From NCBI GenBank assembly GCA_043228905.1, contig JBHGNT010000011.1, positions 8,246,001 through 8,310,000 of the forward strand: DNA of 64,000 nt, in the 5' to 3' direction. The notes below the pieces were generated by a model. The model had not been told where the DNA came from, made no database searches, and was given only the letters and a program-made list of their open reading frames with translations. The translations under genes were made by a program, and so were the position numbers. Positions 36,101-48,567 of the stretch are shown here, one piece after another; position 1 is the stretch's first letter, and each line of letters begins with the position of its first letter. The stretch comes from Azolla caroliniana. Lineage: Eukaryota > Plantae > Polypodiophyta.

Positions 36101-38676
36101 ACATCTTGTTATCGGTGTGCGTACTCGTTGATGCACCCGCATGGTTCTCCTCTATAAGGAGCATCGACTGTAGGTCGAAAAACGACGGCATATTCTCCCG
36201 TGTGCACACTGCAATTCGAAATGCTACCGAACTTCGACACCAGTCCCCCAAGACAGATCTACACAATCACACCTTCCTCGATGTTCACATCGATGGAGGC
36301 TAAGGAGTCCCATATCTCTTTGATCTTCGAGGTGTAATCAGCCACCGACAAATCACGTTGTCGCAAGTTGCTCAACTCCTATCGGAGTTGGAGCTTCCTG
36401 GCTGTGGTGCTTGAGGCGAAAATCTTTTTCAAATTTCCCCAAGCATCCTTCGGTGTTTTCACATCCCGAATATAGCTAAGAAGTTGTTCGCCCACACAAG
36501 ACGTGAAGTAGTAGAGAACTCTGCTCGCCGATTGTTCCCAAGCTGGGAAGTCTTTGTGTGTCAAATCGGGTGCTGTGTCATTTGCTCCATCGACATAGCT
36601 CCAATATCCATGCCGGAGCAGGTATTGGTGCATCTTGTACGAGCAAGACGCGTAGTTGTTTTTGTCGAGCTTCTCGGTCGGAAGCAAGTTAACCATGCCT
36701 CTATCCATTTTGTTTTCTCTGTTCTTTACAAAGGTTAGGTTTTCTTCTCGAGCTAAGGTCGGTTGTAGAGGTTCTCAACCCTCGCGCTCTAATACCATGT
36801 GAAAAGAACAACGTGCGGAAGCAACCGAAAACCAAACGTAGGAAAACACAAGTTTAATGGAGAGCTTGGACACACAGAGTACGCGGGAGAGGGAGAGAGA
36901 GAGAGAGAGAGAGTAGATTATATTATCGTCTTTGGAGGTCAAATATGACCTATGAGACCAAAAAAATTACATTTCACGTGATACGTGTCAAAGTGAGTAG
37001 AGACTCTCGATGTTCAAGAACTTTACCAATGAATGTTGCAATCGAGAGTGCACATTGTGGTTGTGAGAGGAATTCATGCAAAGATTGGGCTCGGTCGAAG
37101 AGATGTGGAAAGCATGGTCGAATATTATCAAAGGCAGAGGATTGTATCAAAGTGTGATACTCAGACTCGCGAACTTGTTTAGGGCAAAGTGTGCATAGCC
37201 GACCACTCTCATCACTTGTGCCCCAACGCCCTGTTTCACATCGCAATGCATGTGAGCTAAGTCGCATGGAAGCAATGGTTCGAATGGAAGATAACGGTAT
37301 GGGCTCTAACATGTATCGATGTGTACGATTTCCCCGTTCCACAAAGAATATGATTTTGTAGTTAGGTGCAACATGTGTAGTATAATGTGTGATGCCCGAA
37401 CCTCCACATTTGTCCCATGTCATGATACATTGGCGTTGTAAAAATGACTCATTTATAGAGGAATCTAATGATGCATCATGAAGCAAGTGTCTCGCATCCC
37501 ATCTACCAATCCATTTTTCTATATCTTGCATCCAACCGGAACACAAAATTTTGCTTTTATGCATCTTTTGGATCTTTTTGCTTGCTTCCCACGCAATTCT
37601 AGGAAGTCGATGTGAGGGACTTTTTTGAACCTTAAGCATGTATTCAACAAACCTTTCCATGGCCGTGATCTCAATGGGAAGCGATCCCGTCTCAAGGAGG
37701 AGGAGGGTGTAGGGCATTTGTTTCTTAACTTGTAGATACTTTGTAAGAAAATGTTTTTGGACATTTTCAAACTCTTTCCACATAGATTTAGGGATGCTAC
37801 CTCCCCATACTTCCACCCCATAAAGAAGAACCGGTGTCACCAAAGTGTCGAAAAGATATTTCTTGAGGGCCCAACACTTAATATCTCCAAGATTGCATGT
37901 GTTCTCAAATGCATAGTATGCTCGCTTACCCGCCTCTAACGGCGTGTAGCACATTCACTCCATCTATGATTTGAAGGAACTTCAAGGCCAAGATATTTGA
38001 AGCTTTCCACACGTTGAAGTGGCTCATTGTTGTACATAATGCATGGTTTATCTCTTTTTGGCTCTTCACAAGCATAATCTTTGTTTTAGAGCTATTGACA
38101 CTTAATTTAGTATGCCGGCAAATTTTTTCCAATGCCTTCATAAGCCTTTGTGCATCTCCTAAAGTATTTGCAAAAAGCACTACATCATTTGCATGTAGCA
38201 AAAGCATAATCTCAACATTCCCAATGGCAACTTCTTCAACACATTGATCCTTTGCAAACTTGGTAACCATTTCTTCCAATTCATCAATGCATAGACCAAA
38301 TAGTGTTGGTGAGAGAGAGAGGGAGAGAGGATCAATACACACAACTCTTCTTTCTCAAAATAATACTCAGTCTGTACATAGGATGTGCTCAGTGAGCACT
38401 TTTATACAAGTCTATACTGATTGACAGAAGTACTGACACGTACTTTAATGCTCATAACTGAGCTCTACACTAACTCCCAAAATATATTCCTACGTGGAAT
38501 ATCTTTCCAACGGCCTCGCAGTTTGCGTACCTCTACAGCTTCTCGTTGTGAACCGGTTTGTGTACCAGTTGACGCACCCGGTTTACGCACCGGTCCGGCC
38601 TAACCAATCGGTCCCAACCGATTCAGTTCTCAGCTTGCACAACCGATCCGGCCAATGTTGACCTTGCATCTCAACA
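33186..38676 (-). mobile_element. Ty1/copia element with an internal 3' deletion; 5' LTR (36798-38676) interrupted by a LINE
   Basis: TSD AAATT (33181-33185 / 38677-38681); only about 27 bp of the 3' LTR remain (33186-33212, matching 36798-36824); PBS TGGTATTAGAGC. Gag from 36708, CWYYGKKG knuckle, WYVDSSAS, IHSDVWGP, LLYVDDL. Confidence 0.9.
36913..38310 (-). mobile_element. 5'-truncated LINE (RT C-terminal half + Cys/His knuckle) inserted in a (GA)n tract
   Basis: LSPTLFGLCIDEL, LLLHANDVVLFA (degenerate YADD), RLSSHALRCETGRW, RLCTLC…ESEYHTLIQ; GA repeats on both sides. Confidence 0.88.
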
Positions 38677-39579
38677 AAATTGTTGTTGAAGGTGAAGGAT
38701 TTCAAGAGAATAGAATTGTTTTGTAGAAGTTCAACACTTGCCTTAATTACTTAATTACTCTTTATATAGTAGTTGTCTTACTAATTCATTTTCTACAGTA
38801 TATCCTTGATGAAAGGCACCAACGAGCCCTTGCACGCTTAATTTGGAGGTCGGAGGTGGAAGAATGGGAATAGAGCTAAAAACTTCAAACAACTCTACAA
38901 CGGTCGTACAAACTCCGTTTTGGATGTTTAAGATATCAAAATCTTCTTCTTTTAGAGAATTAAAACTAATGGAAATTTTGAGGCAAAAGAAGTGACCCTC
39001 TTGGAGTAAGTTTTGTTTGAAGGAAGGTGGCTATGCATCAACGTTTGTAGAGGAAATCACCCTTAATTGTACTTGGGTGATGACGTCTATATTTTAAGAT
39101 TTTCTTTTTCTTTGTGTTTATGTTTGTAACCATCCTCTTGAGAGTTTCTTCTTGATTTATAGATCATAAGACATGTATATGTTTATGTACTCCTCCTCTT
39201 GATCCTTCTTAGTATCTTGAGTCGCTCTCCTTAATTCGTAGCTACCTTGGTCTCTACAATCCATTATAATTCACAAGTCTCTCTAATCGGTTTGATGAAG
39301 CCCTCATATTGTGTACGACTATCATTCATCTCATAAATTCTCACATTTTTGTGCTCAAGGGAGGGCCAATCTTTTTTGTATAGAAGGGAGGAGGTCATGT
39401 CCTCTCTTTGTGTTAGTGTATTGTATTACCTCTACCAATGTAGTTCATGTTCTTAGGTGAAAGCACACAAGATGTTGGTGGCTTTTAGGCATCCTTTGAA
39501 CATGTTTTCTCTATTGGGAGAAGGTGTGCAAGCTTTTCATTTGAAGCATGAATTGATATCAATAGGACCAAGGATAACA

Positions 39580-42500
39580 TGGCCGCAAGTTTGTTACCCT
39601 GGAGAAGCGGTGAAGAAAGGCGTTTGTGGATCGCCACCGAAAAGGAAATAAAAAGATGTTTGGAATCAGCAAGCCGGTACTAGTGTTCCAGACCCGGATG
39701 GGAAAGATGCCGGGGAAACTACGGTTTCGGTGGACCGGACCGTACTGGATCACACGTGAGTTCAATGGATCCTACCAGTTAGGGACACTTGTCGGCAAGG
39801 TCCTGGGTAAGTGGGTCAACGGATTTCGATTAAAGCCATACAAGGGACCCATGCCGAGAAACCCATTTGAACAAGGAAAGGACGATGCCGAACCAGATAC
39901 CGGCATACCGGAAACAACAGCAACCCGATTAGCAATCGGTAACAACGAAGCCGATAAGGGGGACAAAGAGCCGGCACACGGGTTGGATAAGAGGACTGCT
40001 AACCGTCACGAGGCTGGCAAGATTCCTCATTTGGGTAAGGGTCCGTTAGGACCGGAGACGAATTAACCTAATAACCAAAAATAAATAAAAAATAAAAAAT
40101 CGAATCGAATCAAAGAAATCATGCAAAGGAGTGGTGGGAACGGCCATGCAAACGAGGAGTAAAGAGGCACTTCGAAAAGGTACGAGGGGGCTATGAATAG
40201 GGCATTAAACCACTGCCACATGGCACGTAATGCTATTATAGTACACGACCCGCACACGTGGAGCCTTGAAAAAGGCGCCAAGATGCAGAGAGAAAACCCC
40301 CCACGCATCGAGACCTTCTTCTTCTGCGAGCCAAGGAGCACAAACACACACAGGCGCTTAAAGATCATCAGAAGCGAGTCAACACACACATAGCTCCCTC
40401 ACACAGAGCCTCCTCACAGAGAGCCTCCTCATACACAACCCTCACCAACGTCGTCCGACCTCGACGCAGACATGGACTGCCAAACTCTCTCTAAGGCCGC
40501 CAAGAAATGGCTACGACAACACGGATTGGAGGAGTTCCTCACAATCATGGACGCACCACCACACAAAGAAACCGACAAGATCATCAAAGAAATTGACACC
40601 GAGCTGATCATGGAGGAAGCGATCTGTGCACTACCAGGCCTTTCGGAGGGGGGCATCTATACTATTGACAAGCCTACCTCCGAACGGCTCATCAAATACT
40701 TCGGCGAGTATTTTCTGGCCAGCAAGGGCTACTGGACACAGGGCGGAGAAGATATGTTATTCTGAGAAATTGCCTGTGTACTCCATGAGTTTGATCACGT
40801 GTACCCTCGATCCCCCGTTATGCCTCAGAATCGAGCTGGCTTGATCATCGCAACATACGAAGGGATCAAGGTGGATTGGCCGGTGCTGATCGCCGACGGA
40901 TTGTGTGCGGCCCCTGAAGAACACACTCCGCTGACCGGTGCAGGAAGAAACGGACACCCTGGCGGCAAGAATGAATGTCGGGACTCAGGAGGAGGAAACG
41001 GAGGAAGAACCTACGGAGCACCTCCAGCGGCGGCCGAAGACGAGCACCGCAGAATCAGCCGGGAAGCGTTCGGACTCACAGAAAGATGGAACGTCTTTAC
41101 CCCACACTGAGAATCCCACGCCAAGGGAGGAACCAGAACCGATTCAGAAGGAACCGATCTTAGAAGCCCATGCACAACAGGCAATACCGACGGGTCAGGA
41201 AGCGGCAAGCCCCGAAACGTCAGCGCCGGTAAGGCAGGTGCCACCTTCCTCAGCCGGCCAAGAACAAGCAGAACAAGAGCGGCCAACCAAAACACAACCG
41301 GAACCCGAATGACCAACTGGTCAGCAGGTAGAGCCGGAAGTGCAGCTCGACGCAGTTAGGCGGAACCGGCCACTGGCAAGTGAACCCATCAGCCAACCCT
41401 CCGTGCAGACACAACAACAGGGTACCAGCAGCCAATGGCTCCGGTGGATAGGAGAGCAGGTGGCCGGAGTGATACTGTATGTAGAGGTTGAAGAACGAGC
41501 GCAGATGGAACGGTTGCTAGTCACAACCGATGAACTAGGGACGGCTCGGTCAAGGATTTGGTGCCTTGAACAAGACTCGGATCGGGTCACAAAAGACATG
41601 GCCAAAATGGCCTTAACCGCAACACAGATCCAAGCCCCAGTGACTCTAGTGGATGTATAGAATAAAGAAACAACCACGCCTGTACATACGAATAAGACCC
41701 TGGAGACAGAAACTGTCCCGCATAAAGATGCGGCGCAAGCCCAAGAGCTTGCTGAATTAAGGGAAAAACTCGCCGCACAAGAAGCACTACGGAGCCGCGA
41801 ACGAGAGTTGAAGAAAGCGGCAAAGGAGGAGTTAAAGAAGACTACTGACAACCTCCGCCAGGTAGAAGAAAATCTGCGGAAAGGGCATCAAGCTTACGAC
41901 CGGCTAAAGGAGGAAAAAGAAAAATTGTTGCAGGAGAAGGACAAGCTGCGACGGATGGCAGAAATGGAAGACAAAGGATTTCAACCACCTGCACCGACCT
42001 TTAAGAGCTTAGACACGGAGCATAAGCAACAACAGGAAAGGATGGCCGAGCTCCGACAGGAAGTTGATAGGGCCACAATGGCATTCATCGACGAACGGGC
42101 TGAGAATACAAAGCTATTGGAGGAAGGAGCGAGAGACTGGATGGAGCTCTACAAGCAGCATCATGAAGAAAAGGAGAGGGCGACAATGGTGTTATAGAGG
42201 TTGCAAACAACCTATTAAAGTCAATTGTCAAATTATAGGGAGTAAGAGGCGGACACGGTCAGAATCATCAAGCAATTGAAAGAGGAGTGACAAGCCGTGG
42301 AGAACAAATCATAGATGGGAATGGAACAGATCTAGTGCATCCTCCGGGCATGGCTAAACAAGACCAAACGCTTGATTGACGAGAGCTCCGTGCGATGGTG
42401 GACGAAATGGGCGCAGAATACAGTTGAACTCCTGTTGCTCAGGGCGGACGCGGAAAATCGGCGGAAGGACAGTGACGATTGTTACATGCTCACATCGGAG

Positions 42501-42730
42501 GACTTCACCGCCATAAAGGATGAGCTAGCAGAAGATTTCATAGCTCTAGCGGATGAGCAATTGGTGTAGGTCCAGCAACTCATAGCTCAACTGGACGACG
42601 ATCGGATGGATGCTCAAATCCAGTTTGAGAGCTATGAGCGGTCCCGGCTTAGGGAAGAAAAAGCAAGGCAGGCGGCAACGGTCAACCTCAGTGATGAGGA
42701 ACTGTCGCCGGCACACAGACCAGACGGAGA
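39580..42730 (+). mobile_element. Fragment of the tRNA-Arg gypsy family: integrase C-terminus (GPY/F) plus decayed 3' extra ORF
   Basis: GKLRFRWTGPYW…WVNGFRLKPY; downstream peptides are colinear with 48568-51256. Confidence 0.88.
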
Positions 42731-43054
42731 ATGGCACGATTCAAGGGTTCTCTACCAGATAAGTGTCCTGTTCCTCATCGTCTAACCCTTCGAACATGAC
42801 GACTTCTTTCGCATAAAGTGGAGTCATAGCTTTATTGGGTGGGGTGATCTCTCTTGTATCAACACCCGAACCTTGGTGAGGCCTGCTCGAAAGTACTACC
42901 ATCACAATAAACTAACTCCTCTATCGATGGATCATTTAATATTCCATAAATTACTACCTTCTTTTCTTCATTGTTGAAGTGCTTGGTATGAACATCGAAA
43001 TAGTGTTGGATCTTGTGCTATAGGAGCCATTCTTATGCAACAAGATTCTCAAAA

Positions 43055-43360
43055 TAGCCTTATGCATCCTATACTTTATTAGTAAAGCCATGTCTGATGT
43101 AGAGAAGGAATTCTTGGATGTAGAAAAGTGGATGTACAAAGTTTCTTACACATGCTTGCAGAAAGTTTAGAAGCATTCTACTACCTCATCATTTTGTAAT
43201 AATCACTAGCATGTCATTACTCCCATATGTACTCCAACATGTGACCATTTCAACAAGAATTGCAAAATAGGCTCTACTATTAGCAGAGTTTGATTTTGAA
43301 GTCAAATTAGAATCAACTATGCATGCTGAGTTGGCAGATCTTCTCACCTTTAGAGAAAAT
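43055..43360 (+). pseudogene. Ty3/gypsy RNase H remnant (Tat-like)
   Basis: Manual translation HP(I)YFISKAMSDVEK…ACRKFRSILLPHHFVIITS…RIAK*ALLLAEFDFEV…LADLL. Confidence 0.6.
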
Positions 43361-43365
43361 GCTCG

Positions 43366-43860
43366 TCTTGTCGCTGTAAACCGCAAAATAATCCAGAAAG
43401 ACCTACATGAAGTCCGGAATATATTCGCCAAAGATTTCTCAGATGATTCATTGGAATGTGGTTGGGGCTATTTTTAGTTCGAACATCATCACCACCGCTA
43501 CAAACACGCCCCAATCCGTCACGAAAGTGGTATTTTCTTGATCATCAGGATGCACATGGAGCTGATTATAGCCGTTGAAGCTATCCAAGAAGATATCCAT
43601 CTCCTGCTCGGCTACGGCGTCGAGTATGCCATCCATGAATGGAAGAGAAAAGGCATCTGTAATTGTGACCGCTTTGAGTTTCCAGTGGTCAACGCAAATG
43701 CATATTTTCCGGTTCTTCTTCGATATGACTACAATCGGACTCAACCATGTTGCCTACTTGACTGGTCTAATCAATCTGATTTTTAAGAGCTTATCGATTT
43801 CCTCTTTTACATGTGTCGCGTAGTTCGGGTTCATGTGGTAGCGCCTTTGCTGGAGCGATC
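43366..43860 (-). pseudogene. Gypsy RT fragment (same family as 53683-55137)
   Basis: SPIVVISKKNRKICICVDH…FLDSFNGYNQ…VMMFELKIAPTTFQ. Confidence 0.85.
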
Positions 43861-45600
43861 CCACAACCGGTAAGTTTATGTTTGTTGCAGCGTCTTGAAA
43901 GCAACTCAACCCCGTCGAGAACGAGCTAAGATGAATATGGGCAAGAACAATACACAAAATTATTCCGCAATACACAAGATTATACACAACAATACACAAG
44001 ACCATCACAATCAACTAACTCCTTTATCGATGGATCATTTAACATTCCAAAAAGTACTACCTTCTTTTTTTCATTGCTGACGTGCTTGGTATGAACATTG
44101 AAATAGTCGACAACATTTCTCTCTATGATAGTAACTTCTCATTACTTCCATTCTCAATGGTATTCAGACCTATGTCGCAACCAATGCTATCGTTACCTTT
44201 AGTGAATGTGGCATTTGTATCCTTCAACAATTGACATTGTTTCCTTTTTTTTTCTACCCAAACCTTTCGTATCTCTTATTATGTCCAGATAGCGTCATCC
44301 CTATCCTGATAATCCATGAGGTGTATTTGTGCTAAACTCTAAATATCAATCATAGTTTCTATGAACATGATAGACCTTTATTGTGAATTTAAATTTAGTA
44401 AGGGCTATTCAATTTTGAAAATTATATATCTTAATAATTTTACAAGGACATGTATCATATTGGAGGGTAGGTATGGTTTATATTGATTCCATATCCCATA
44501 TTGTTGAGAATTTTAATACGATAGGTTTGAATTTGGTATCATAAAGGTAATTTGTGTGTTATTTTCTATTATTTTAAGCTATTATAGGTCATAAAACCTG
44601 TTTCAATAAGGGCACTAAATGTTACAAAATGTAGCAAATGTCCCTAAAAATGTGTGAATTGGACTTAAAATTGGTATCTTTTCATAAATATATATCAATA
44701 AGTTCCCCCAAAGATAAAATACTCCTTTTTAAAAAGAGGGCTTTATACAGGAACTTGATACGGCGTTGTTGTAGTGTATTTCGTACACTATGTGAAAAAC
44801 ATATAAAATAATCGATTTAATAAATATGAAGAAATAGAAGAAAATGTTAAAATATGTCATACATGCATAGGGCAAGATTCGAACCTCATAACTCCATCTT
44901 AATAATGTGAAGCCTTACCATTACACTAACATATTATTAGTGTCAAAAAGTAGATGTCCCACATAGAAAGGTGAGTTCATGCTAAGATAAACTTTAGGAA
45001 AACACATGATAAAAGAAAAAGCTACACATGCACATTTTACGTGCATGAAGACTATAGTCGATAAATAAAAAAACGCATGACTTTAGAAAAAGCATGTTAG
45101 AGAAAGCATATAGTCTATTGATAGAAAAAGCATGGAGGGCATAATTAGAGAAAAAGCATGGATTGCCAAGACTCTCTCATCACTATATAAGGATGGGGAG
45201 CACAATGTAATAACTGGGGTGGAATATTTGGAAATTGGATATATTTCTAAAAACACCAATTAATAAACTATGTTCGTGGGATTCACAAAGTTTTATATAA
45301 TCTATCTTTTCCAATCTATATTAAATTGTTATTAGGATTCGAAATATTAATAAATCTAATAATCTATACTTGTGGGATTCACATGTTTTTTATCTCTCTT
45401 TCAATCCAAATTTATATTGTTATCTAAATATTGATTAATCTAATACAATAGATTGGTGGGATTCACGAGATTTCTATATCTCTTTCTTACAATGTAATTA
45501 TATTCTGAGTAACCTTAAAACTCTCCTCTTCCTAGTCCAAAACCCCAACGGTTCCCACTCGATTCACGCAACAATCCGGTGCCGAAAGGTACGACACAAG

Positions 45601-45617
45601 TGGTGAACTCGATGTGA
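45601..45617 (+). other. Primer-binding site complementary to the tRNA-Trp 3' end
   Basis: TGGTGAACTCGATGTGA versus TGGTGAACCCGACGTGA, the reverse complement of plant tRNA-Trp as recalled; two C>T differences. Confidence 0.75.
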
Positions 45618-45706
45618 AAACGGGCGGCAAGGAGATGGAGAATCAACAAGAGGTGATGAACATGATGATGATGATGTTTGAGCGGATGCAACAAGAATAA
45701 CGTGCG

Positions 45707-46381
45707 ATGTCGGAGATGAAGGCGGCAGTGGAGCAGCTTGTGCAACGAAATGGGGAATTCAATGGAAATGATGTGTCACACTATCTACATGAATACAAGG
45801 CAGAGATGATGCGATGTGGGATACTGGAAGGATTGCAAGTGATATCCTTCAATCGGGTAGTCACGGATGAGTTGCTAGAGAGCATATATAAGATACGGCA
45901 ACAGAACCCAACGTGGGTGTGCTTTGAGAAAGCACTATTGGAGAAGTATGACTGCGAAAGAACGACGGCCAAGGATAAGGTCGATAACTTGAGAGTGGCG
46001 AACACCACTTCAAGAACGGAAGAAGGTTTCGGAATACAAGTATGCGAAACATCGGGTGAAAAACGGGTAAGCATAATCAATGCTTGCATGATCCAGGGAG
46101 ATAAAGAGTGCGAAGCAGACTTGATTGAGGAGGTCGCCACGAAAGATGACATTGAATCGGAGGTGGCTATGGACGAATCAATGGCGGATGGCCGTATGAA
46201 GACTTTTCGACCACTAGTTCTAGAGACTTCGGCAGTTGCGTTCGAAAGACAACGTGAGACTGAAGAGATGGAAGGTGGCCGACAAAGTTCGAATCCGATG
46301 CATACAATGGAGAGAAAGCCGAGAAGGTGGCTATGGGTGAAACAACGGAGAACGATAATACCGAGGATTCCTGCCCACTAA
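45707..46381 (+). CDS. Gag-like N-terminal domain followed by an unrelated acidic tail
   Basis: FNGNDVSHYLHEYKAEM…WVCFEKALLEKY resembles a Ty3/gypsy capsid N-domain; it lies directly after the PBS. Confidence 0.6.
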   Translation: MSEMKAAVEQLVQRNGEFNGNDVSHYLHEYKAEMMRCGILEGLQVISFNRVVTDELLESIYKIRQQNPTWVCFEKALLEKYDCERTTAKDKVDNLRVANTTSRTEEGFGIQVCETSGEKRVSIINACMIQGDKECEADLIEEVATKDDIESEVAMDESMADGRMKTFRPLVLETSAVAFERQRETEEMEGGRQSSNPMHTMERKPRRWLWVKQRRTIIPRIPAH

Positions 46382-48567
46382 TTCTAGAGACTTTGGCGGT
46401 TGTGTCCGAGAAGCAACATGAGCCCGGAGAGACGGGAGATGACAGCGAGGAAGGTAAAGTAGGAAGCCGGTTCGGATAGAAGATGATCCGTCTGAAATTC
46501 TGATCTAAACGAAAGCACGACAACGCGGAGGTCGGGTGTGCATTTGGAGAAGCGCGTAATACGGAGCATGCGCTACGGCGCAAAACGGAGCATGCACTAT
46601 GACGGAATACGAAGCATGCACTACGGCGTAATATGACGCAAGCACTACGACGAAAAATGAGGCGTGCATTACAGCTGCACGAGGACCTCAGAGCAAGCGC
46701 GTATTCGGAGGTCTACATTGACATGTGGGTAGAGCCTACGGAAAGCAAGGACGGAACGGAGAGAGACAGCATAGCGAGATGCTCAGGAGGAGGGCACGAT
46801 CAAGCCAAAGGAGGAACGAAGGCGGCACGCAAGGGGCAGAATCCGGCGTGCGATCGGAGTGACTGGGGGGCCAATCGAAGGACCTACACAGCGGACAATA
46901 GAAAGAAGTGTCGGAGGTCAAACCGGTCGAGGCCGGTGAAAACAAGGAAAAGGAAACAAATATGGATGGAAACCGATAAGTCGAAACCGACCCGAAAGGG
47001 AGCCGAATCGGTAAAAACCAATCAACAGAGTCCGAATCAGCCGAATACGAATTGGAACAGAAGCTGATTCAACCAAAAGAAGATCGGACAAGACCGATTC
47101 GGAAATAAGCTAATCCAACTCAACCGGAGGTCGAAGAGATCAAGGCTGACGATTACGAGGAAGAGGTCAAGCAAATGCACTACAAAGGATGACAAGGACC
47201 AAACGGGCCAAGCAAAATGGAAGGGTGTTACCAAGGAGGAGATCTCGACAAAGGAGGGCTATAACATGAAGATTGTCAACTCTAATGCGAGATTATATAA
47301 CAAAGGTGGACAACGTGGGAAGCATGGCACATGCACAAGACATGAAAGGTTATGGTCAAGAGGAGCACGAGGAGCCGTGACAACCAGCCGTGGCCATGCA
47401 AATAGTGAATGAAGACTATGGTGGATCGGATGGCGATAATGGTTTGGGTGGAAAGAATGGATATACTCAAAATGGAGAGACAAAGTCGACATAGCGAGAG
47501 AAACGGAGGGTACTACGAGTAAAGGAGAATTACAAGAACCGGTGACTGGGCGGAGCCAACAACTGACAACTTGCAACCGAACAGAACCGGCAACGGGACT
47601 AGCAACGAAACCAATCGGACAGAGACCGGACGGAGGAGACTAACAATCACCGACAACTTCGGCACATACCAAAGGATGTGCGGGTTCGGAGGGGGCGAGT
47701 GTGGCAGTGTATTTCGTACACTACGTGAAAAACGTATAAAATAACCGATTCAATAAATATGAAGAAATAGAAGAAAATGTTAAAATATGTCATACATGCA
47801 TAGGGCAAGATTTGAACCTTGTACCTCCATGTTAATAATGTGAAGCCTTACCATGACACTAACATAAAGAAAGCATATAGTCTATTGATAGAAAACGCAT
47901 GGAGGGCATAATTAGAGAAAAAGCATGGATTGCTAAGACTCTCTCATCACTATATAAGGATGGGGAGCACAATGTAATAAGTGTTAACTCTTAGGGCCGG
48001 ACAATGGCCTAACACAGGGTGTCTACAGAAGACACTTGACCAAAGGGGTGTTACAGCAAGAGGATTAGGCTCAATGATTAATCCGACTTAATTAGGTTAC
48101 TTAGCAAGATCGTCCTTAATAATCACACGCGTAAGATATAACAATCAATGCAGAACGGAAATTAACACAGAGAGATAAAAACACTAAGCTTCATTAATTA
48201 TCCGCTCCACATTACATTGTATCCGAGCCTTTAAATAGGTTTTCGGTTTGTAGTACAAAACGGTGTCATCCGCACCTGTTCGGGATCGGTCCGGATCCGG
48301 AACAGCATACCGATTCCGGTCCGTCCGTCCACACTAATAGCTCACTTACAACCATTCCTTAATAATTAAATAACTCCTTCGTTTCACACTCTGGACTCCT
48401 TTGCCGGTCGGTAACACATGGCACGCCCATGGGACAGTACCTTGTACGTCGAATCCACCATCCGACCCTTGCTATTCTTCGTCCAAAATATCCAGAATAT
48501 TTTGTCTGAGAGTATCGAATGGTTCATCTGGAATTGGTTGTTGTTGTTGTTGTTGTGGTTGCTGTTG

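Noticed and set aside
17307-39561. Pairing the LTR at 17307 with the LTR at 32618 as one element
   Set aside because: They share only a short gtccctcc motif near the start; the rest does not align and no TSD was found.
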